A stretch of 64,000 nt of DNA, taken from positions 1,798,001-1,862,000 of the forward strand of contig JAUFOQ010000001.1 of NCBI GenBank assembly GCA_040285855.1. Reading direction: 5' to 3'. Below are positions 59,521 through 64,000 of this stretch, in pieces. Both the position numbers and the translations under genes were made by a program. Below the pieces are notes generated by a model. That model was not told the DNA's origin. It was given only the letters and a program-made list of their open reading frames with translations, and did no database searches. Source of the stretch: Eukaryota sp. GEM-RC1 (taxonomy: Eukaryota). How positions within the stretch are numbered: position 1 is the stretch's first letter; the number at the start of each line of letters is the position of its first letter.

Positions 59521-60186
59521 ATGACAACAGATACTCCATCCATAACAAAGAAAGCCATAAACGGCTTATCAGGAATATTCGTTCCATTGCTTATTTGTCT
59601 ATGTATATTTGGACTTTATATAGTTATTGTTACCTGGTTAGACTTTAAAAAACAAACCCCCGATACATTAACAAGAATACACGATAAAGCAGAAATGTTT
59701 ATAAAAACTTATAATGATAAATATTTAACATTTGAAAACAAGCGAACAAGTTATGGTAGTACAAGAGATGTTGTGGTTGAACGAGAATTAGTTGAAGCTG
59801 ATCCAAACTTTATATGGATTTATCATTATAATGGTGGTGATGATTATTTAGAAAATAAGGGTAATAATAAATATTTGAATCGAACATCAAAACTTGAAGA
59901 TGAGCGAGAAATGATTTTACATCATGGGTTAGAAGCTGCTGCAACTAATCTTGAATTTGCAGATGATCATATATATTTAGGGAATTTTATGACTCGTATT
60001 GACTTAAAACGAGCCCTCGTATATGTATCTAATACCGGAGATTTATTACAAGGACCTAGTGGTGATGATACAAACCCCCAGAATATATTCAAATTCCAAC
60101 TATTAGATAAGGATAATACTAGATATGGACCTTGGGAAAGAGCGGTTAATAACACTGTATTGAACAAACTCCCATTATTTAAATAA
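59521..60186 (+). CDS. Membrane-anchored protein, paralog of 60529..61079
   Basis: N-terminal TM; DKYL, STRDVV, FIWIYHYNGG, YLENK, LLQGPSGDD. Confidence 0.75.
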   Translation: MTTDTPSITKKAINGLSGIFVPLLICLCIFGLYIVIVTWLDFKKQTPDTLTRIHDKAEMFIKTYNDKYLTFENKRTSYGSTRDVVVERELVEADPNFIWIYHYNGGDDYLENKGNNKYLNRTSKLEDEREMILHHGLEAAATNLEFADDHIYLGNFMTRIDLKRALVYVSNTGDLLQGPSGDDTNPQNIFKFQLLDKDNTRYGPWERAVNNTVLNKLPLFK

Positions 60187-60506
60187 TTAAATTGAACGAT
60201 ATATTTTTTAATTAAATTGAACGATAATTAATTTATTTTTTAATTACATTGAACGATAATTAATTTATTTTTTAATTACATTGAACGATAATTAATTTAT
60301 TTTTTAATTACATTGAACGATAATTAATTTATTTTTTAATTACATTGAACGATAATTAATTTATTTTTTAATTACATTGAACGATAATTAATTTATTTTT
60401 TAATTACATTGAACGATAATTAATTTATTTTTTAATTACATTGAACGATAATTAATTTATTTTTTAATTACATTGAACGATAATTAATTTATTTTTTTAA
60501 TTACAT
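60184..60506. repeat. 32-bp minisatellite, about 10 copies
   Basis: taattacattgaacgataattaatttattttt at 60241 and every 32 bp to 60465 (8 copies), degenerate copies at 60184 and 60209; no spacers. Confidence 0.95.
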
Positions 60507-60528
60507 GGCATATTTTTATCTTTTAAAA

Positions 60529-61079
60529 ATGTCAGAGAGATATCGCTTGCTTAATATGTCGGAAAAATTACAACCTAAAACGAAAAACATAATGTTGGGC
60601 ACTATATTAATATTATTTTTAATTGCTATTGTAGCATTGGTATATTTCAGAATATATCCAGAAGGATTAGGAGAAAATCAAGATGGAGTAAATTTCAAAA
60701 TTAAACTAAAGAAAGACAAATATCTATCATATATTCCCAAAGAAGTAGGAGATTCTACACATGATGTGGTTGCTGTTAAACCATTTAAAAAAGACGATGA
60801 TTCGTTCATTTGGACATTCCATTATAATAATGGAAAAACATATTTAAAGAATAAATATCTTGAAGGATATCTCAGTTATTTAGATATTACTGAAGGCAGT
60901 AAGTTAGTAATTGATCCCGAGCTCACAATAAAGGCGACTGATTTAAAATTCGATAAAAGAAAATTTATATTTCCGAGGATGTAAAATTATCAGCTAAATT
61001 AAATGAAACAAATGCACTTATACTTGGACCAAATGATGATGCAGTAAAGGTTAAATTTATTCGAACTAAATTTTGGTAA
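60529..61079 (+). CDS. Membrane-anchored protein, paralog of 59521..60186, frameshifted at the 3' end
   Basis: TM; DKYL, STHDVV, FIWTFHYNNG, YLKNK, LILGPNDD in the shifted frame. Confidence 0.7.
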
Positions 61080-61107
61080 TGGGGAAAATGAATAATTATA
61101 AAAATAA

Positions 61108-61479
61108 ATGGTAATGATAATACAAACTATTGATAATGACAAAATATATTTGCATGAAAACTTATCAAATTTTTCAAGACCACTAAAAACATTTATTGGC
61201 ATTTCTACAATGTCAAAAACTGAATTGCGAATGATTATCAATTATCATGGTAATTATGTTCGTATTTGTACAAACTTTTTATATTTAAATGAAAAACTAT
61301 CAAGACTTCCGGAATTTGCTTGGGATGATTTGCTTGTACTATTTGAGAATTATTTAATCGAAGAATTGCCAAAGATACATGTTGACACTTTATTAAAAGT
61401 AATAGATTTTTTCCAATTAGATTTATTTAAAAAATTATTAAAAACTAAATTTAAAGAGTTTGCACTAAAATTAATTTAA
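61108..61479 (+). CDS. Skp1/BTB-POZ-like protein
   Basis: IIQTIDNDKIYL...FSRPLKTFI N-terminus and LLKVIDFFQLDLF C-terminus follow the Skp1 pattern. Confidence 0.6.
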   Translation: MVMIIQTIDNDKIYLHENLSNFSRPLKTFIGISTMSKTELRMIINYHGNYVRICTNFLYLNEKLSRLPEFAWDDLLVLFENYLIEELPKIHVDTLLKVIDFFQLDLFKKLLKTKFKEFALKLI

Positions 61480-61518
61480 TTTTTTTTATTAAGAAAAATG
61501 ATTATTTATATTTATAAC

Positions 61519-62208
61519 ATGTACTTAAACACGGGTATTGATGAATTGTTGGATCTTAATTTCGCCTCTGTAAAGATGGCTGATAAAATTAATGATCAAT
61601 TAGACATATACTTTGCCTGTAAATCAAATTCTTATGAAACTGATATTGATACCTATGAAAAGATTTTACAATTTTCTTATTTAATGGATACCAATATTGG
61701 CTTAGAGAATGCTTATAATTACATTATTTGGTTGTATTTTTATGCAAAAAAAAGTTATGAATTGAATTATTATTCTCCTGAAATGGAAGAATTCTTATTG
61801 ATATTGGATATTGATATTTCTTGTTTGAAAGGAAAATTATATGAACCAAAGGATTTTATTTCAAAAATTCAACCACGTATTGTACTTGATTTTATTGAAA
61901 GAGATATTAATTGTTTCTATGATACCGAATGTTTAAATCACTTGGAATACATTAGAACACATTCTACAAGAACTGATGGCGTTTATGCAAAATTAAAATT
62001 ACCAATTCCTATTGAAGATGTGATTAAAGTTATGCGCCCATTTAATTATTTTACCTTTATTCGAGATGCATTTTCAACTTTATCAAAAATTAAATTCACT
62101 GGAAAAGGTAAAGTAAGTAATTGTGAATTTCTTTGGGAAACAGATACTTGGCGTATTTGTACATTTAATGATGTGTTGTCAAATGAAAAATTTATCAACA
62201 ATGGTTGA
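61519..62208 (+). CDS. Hypothetical protein
   Basis: Intact ORF with promoter motif at ~61495. Confidence 0.6.
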   Translation: MYLNTGIDELLDLNFASVKMADKINDQLDIYFACKSNSYETDIDTYEKILQFSYLMDTNIGLENAYNYIIWLYFYAKKSYELNYYSPEMEEFLLILDIDISCLKGKLYEPKDFISKIQPRIVLDFIERDINCFYDTECLNHLEYIRTHSTRTDGVYAKLKLPIPIEDVIKVMRPFNYFTFIRDAFSTLSKIKFTGKGKVSNCEFLWETDTWRICTFNDVLSNEKFINNG

Positions 62209-62237
62209 ATAACATTATATTTTTTATTATATAAAAA

Positions 62238-63083
62238 ATGATACCAGGAAAGGTTAATACAGGTTATGTTAAATTTTTATATGATAATAATAAATTGGAA
62301 AAATATTTAATCCATCTACTTATTATGAATATAAAAAGTCGAATTATCTCGAGTTGATGTAATCTTTGAAATCTTGGGAAATTTGAGAATATCAATAATT
62401 GAGGAACGTTATTATGAATATTTTGCAGAAATAGTAATCATTCAATTATTAAAAGAATTCAATCTAGTATATCATCCAAAACTATTTAACCAAACAGGCA
62501 ATGAAATAAAAATATTGGCGGGAGAAAAATTATTTAAAAAACCAATGGATTTATTAATTAATGCATGGTTATATGGTAGTTTTGTTCATAAAAGTTTTAC
62601 CCCAAAGCAAATTAAAAACCAAAAAAACAACCAACCATTTTTCAAAATGTAATTGCATTTAAAATAAAAGATATTCCCGATTATGTAAATTTTAGATTGT
62701 ATTTTATATATTTATTAAATCAATTCTGTTTCATGTATACTAGATATTTTTATGAATATTACGTAAATTCTAATGTTGAATGTTTTGATGAAATATATTT
62801 TTGGAAAGATTATCTTATTGTTGGAATAAAATCAAATCCACATAAATTAAATAAATTAGAAAAATTATTACCTTATTATGGTCGTGAATATAACGATCCA
62901 AAAATTAGAAAGATTGAAGGAATAAACGCTTATATATTACCTGAAACAAATTCCAATGATAATAAATTACAATATAAAGATGATCGTAATAAAATATATA
63001 ATTTAATCCTGAACAATATATTAGAAGATTCCGTGGTTTATTATAGACATTCTACTAATTTTATTTTTACTGAAAAAATGTAA
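62238..63083 (+). CDS. Hypothetical protein, frameshifted
   Basis: Consecutive same-strand fragments. Confidence 0.4.
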
Positions 63084-63094
63084 GTGATTATATA

Positions 63095-63631
63095 ATGACA
63101 ATGGTTTTTAATAAACCTACAATTTCTTATATGAGTAATAAAAATAATACATTACATTTCTTTGAACATATATGGGCATCGAGCATGGTATGTAAAGGAT
63201 ACATGATTCGTGAAGCTTGGACCAATGATGTTGGTCAATGTTCGTGTACTGTTCTATGTGAAACGGTTAATGATTTAATTGAAATTTTAAATCATACAAT
63301 GAGAGTAGTAAATGGAAAAGAAAATGAGTTTTTGAAAACTATACATGCCGTAGAAACAAATAGAATAAAAAGTGAAATGAATACTTTTCAAAATGATAAT
63401 CGACCAAATATTTCATTTGCCTTTGGGTATCATACAGATACTGATTTAAAATATACTTTAAAATATGTAAAAGATTGCGAATTTGGAATACATGTATTGG
63501 GACGACGTGATAGTGACTATGATAAATTATCAGACATATTAAATAAACACAAAGTAAGTGAACCTTCATATGGTACGGAAATGCCAAAAATATTCCCGTA
63601 TATTTATCAACTAATGAGAAATATAAATTAA
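63095..63631 (+). CDS. M16 (insulinase)-like peptidase domain protein
   Basis: Inverted zinc motif HFFEH, EAWT (compare NAxT), distal IKSEM. Confidence 0.55.
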   Translation: MTMVFNKPTISYMSNKNNTLHFFEHIWASSMVCKGYMIREAWTNDVGQCSCTVLCETVNDLIEILNHTMRVVNGKENEFLKTIHAVETNRIKSEMNTFQNDNRPNISFAFGYHTDTDLKYTLKYVKDCEFGIHVLGRRDSDYDKLSDILNKHKVSEPSYGTEMPKIFPYIYQLMRNIN

Positions 63632-63660
63632 ATGTAAATGAAGATACAATAATTACTTTA

Positions 63661-63918
63661 ATGGATAGACGAATAACCAATCCAATAATTGTAAATATTT
63701 TATTAAATAAATTTAAAACTAATTTTATTGGTTTTGATGATGGTAAAGCTATTATTAATGATTATGATATAAAATTTGAAGATATATTATTTGGATATCC
63801 TTCAGTAGAGGATTTGATTTTATATGAAGGAGATCTTTGGGCAGAATTAGAAGAATTAAAAGGAGATGTCGAAACTAATTTCAAAAACTTGTTGGATAAA
63901 TCTTTGAATCTAATTTAA
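63661..63918 (+). CDS. Hypothetical protein
   Basis: 85-aa ORF. Confidence 0.45.
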   Translation: MDRRITNPIIVNILLNKFKTNFIGFDDGKAIINDYDIKFEDILFGYPSVEDLILYEGDLWAELEELKGDVETNFKNLLDKSLNLI

Positions 63919-64000
63919 TTACAAAATGTATTTTTTACTCCCTTATATAAATCAGAAATATATTTACTGAGTGTTGTCGCATGCATCATTTCCCATTTCA

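Noticed and set aside
60184..60506. CRISPR array
   Set aside because: Units are head-to-tail with no unique spacers and no cas operon is present; it is a minisatellite
1826..63680. Antisense ORFs in the track (e.g. 1826..2086, 4565..4768, 17378..17635, 19105..19386, 21911..22156, 49141..49404, 59967..60167, 63339..63680)
   Set aside because: Shadows of better-supported genes on the opposite strand, without promoter motif or recognisable motifs
1..64000. Genome-wide alternative genetic code explaining the short ORFs
   Set aside because: Gene fragments continue in different frames rather than through in-frame stops, and TGG is used for Trp throughout
1..64000. Bacterial or phage origin
   Set aside because: No consistent Shine-Dalgarno signals or operons; per-gene AAAATGA motifs and F-box/Skp1/RING content point to a eukaryotic giant virus

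Overview
Very AT-rich, gene-dense accessory region of a giant DNA virus (Nucleocytoviricota). No core marker gene (capsid, PolB, packaging ATPase) lies in the window, so the family cannot be assigned. The call rests on an AAAA(T)TGA motif upstream of most genes (like the mimivirus early promoter AAAATTGA), 3' hairpins, and expanded LRR, DUF4116-like, F-box-like and Skp1/RING genes. Genes run almost all on the minus strand up to ~31.6 kb and on the plus strand after it. Many genes are broken by single-base deletions in homopolymers, most likely long-read errors. Recognisable products: T4 Rnl1-type RNA ligase, metallophosphoesterase, protein kinase, erythromycin-esterase-like hydrolase, R-S-E ADP-ribosyltransferase, microbial-type PARG, two Nudix-like proteins, GIY-YIG nuclease, SF2 helicase, two PD-(D/E)XK nucleases, thymidylate kinase, 5'(3')-deoxynucleotidase, oligoribonuclease, degenerate Thg1, M16-like peptidase and one tRNA-Ile(UAU). 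Most notable: (1) a 264-bp, ~40% GC insert in the helicase 3' end, flanked by a 5-bp direct repeat and readable only if TGA is a sense codon; (2) a double promoter with 18-19 bp spacing at 15 sites that heads two paralog-cassette arrays and two ORF-less, strongly base-paired candidate viral ncRNAs; (3) UUCG hairpin plus U-tract terminators; (4) an ADP-ribose writer/eraser set. All family assignments come from motif recognition by eye; no searches were run.
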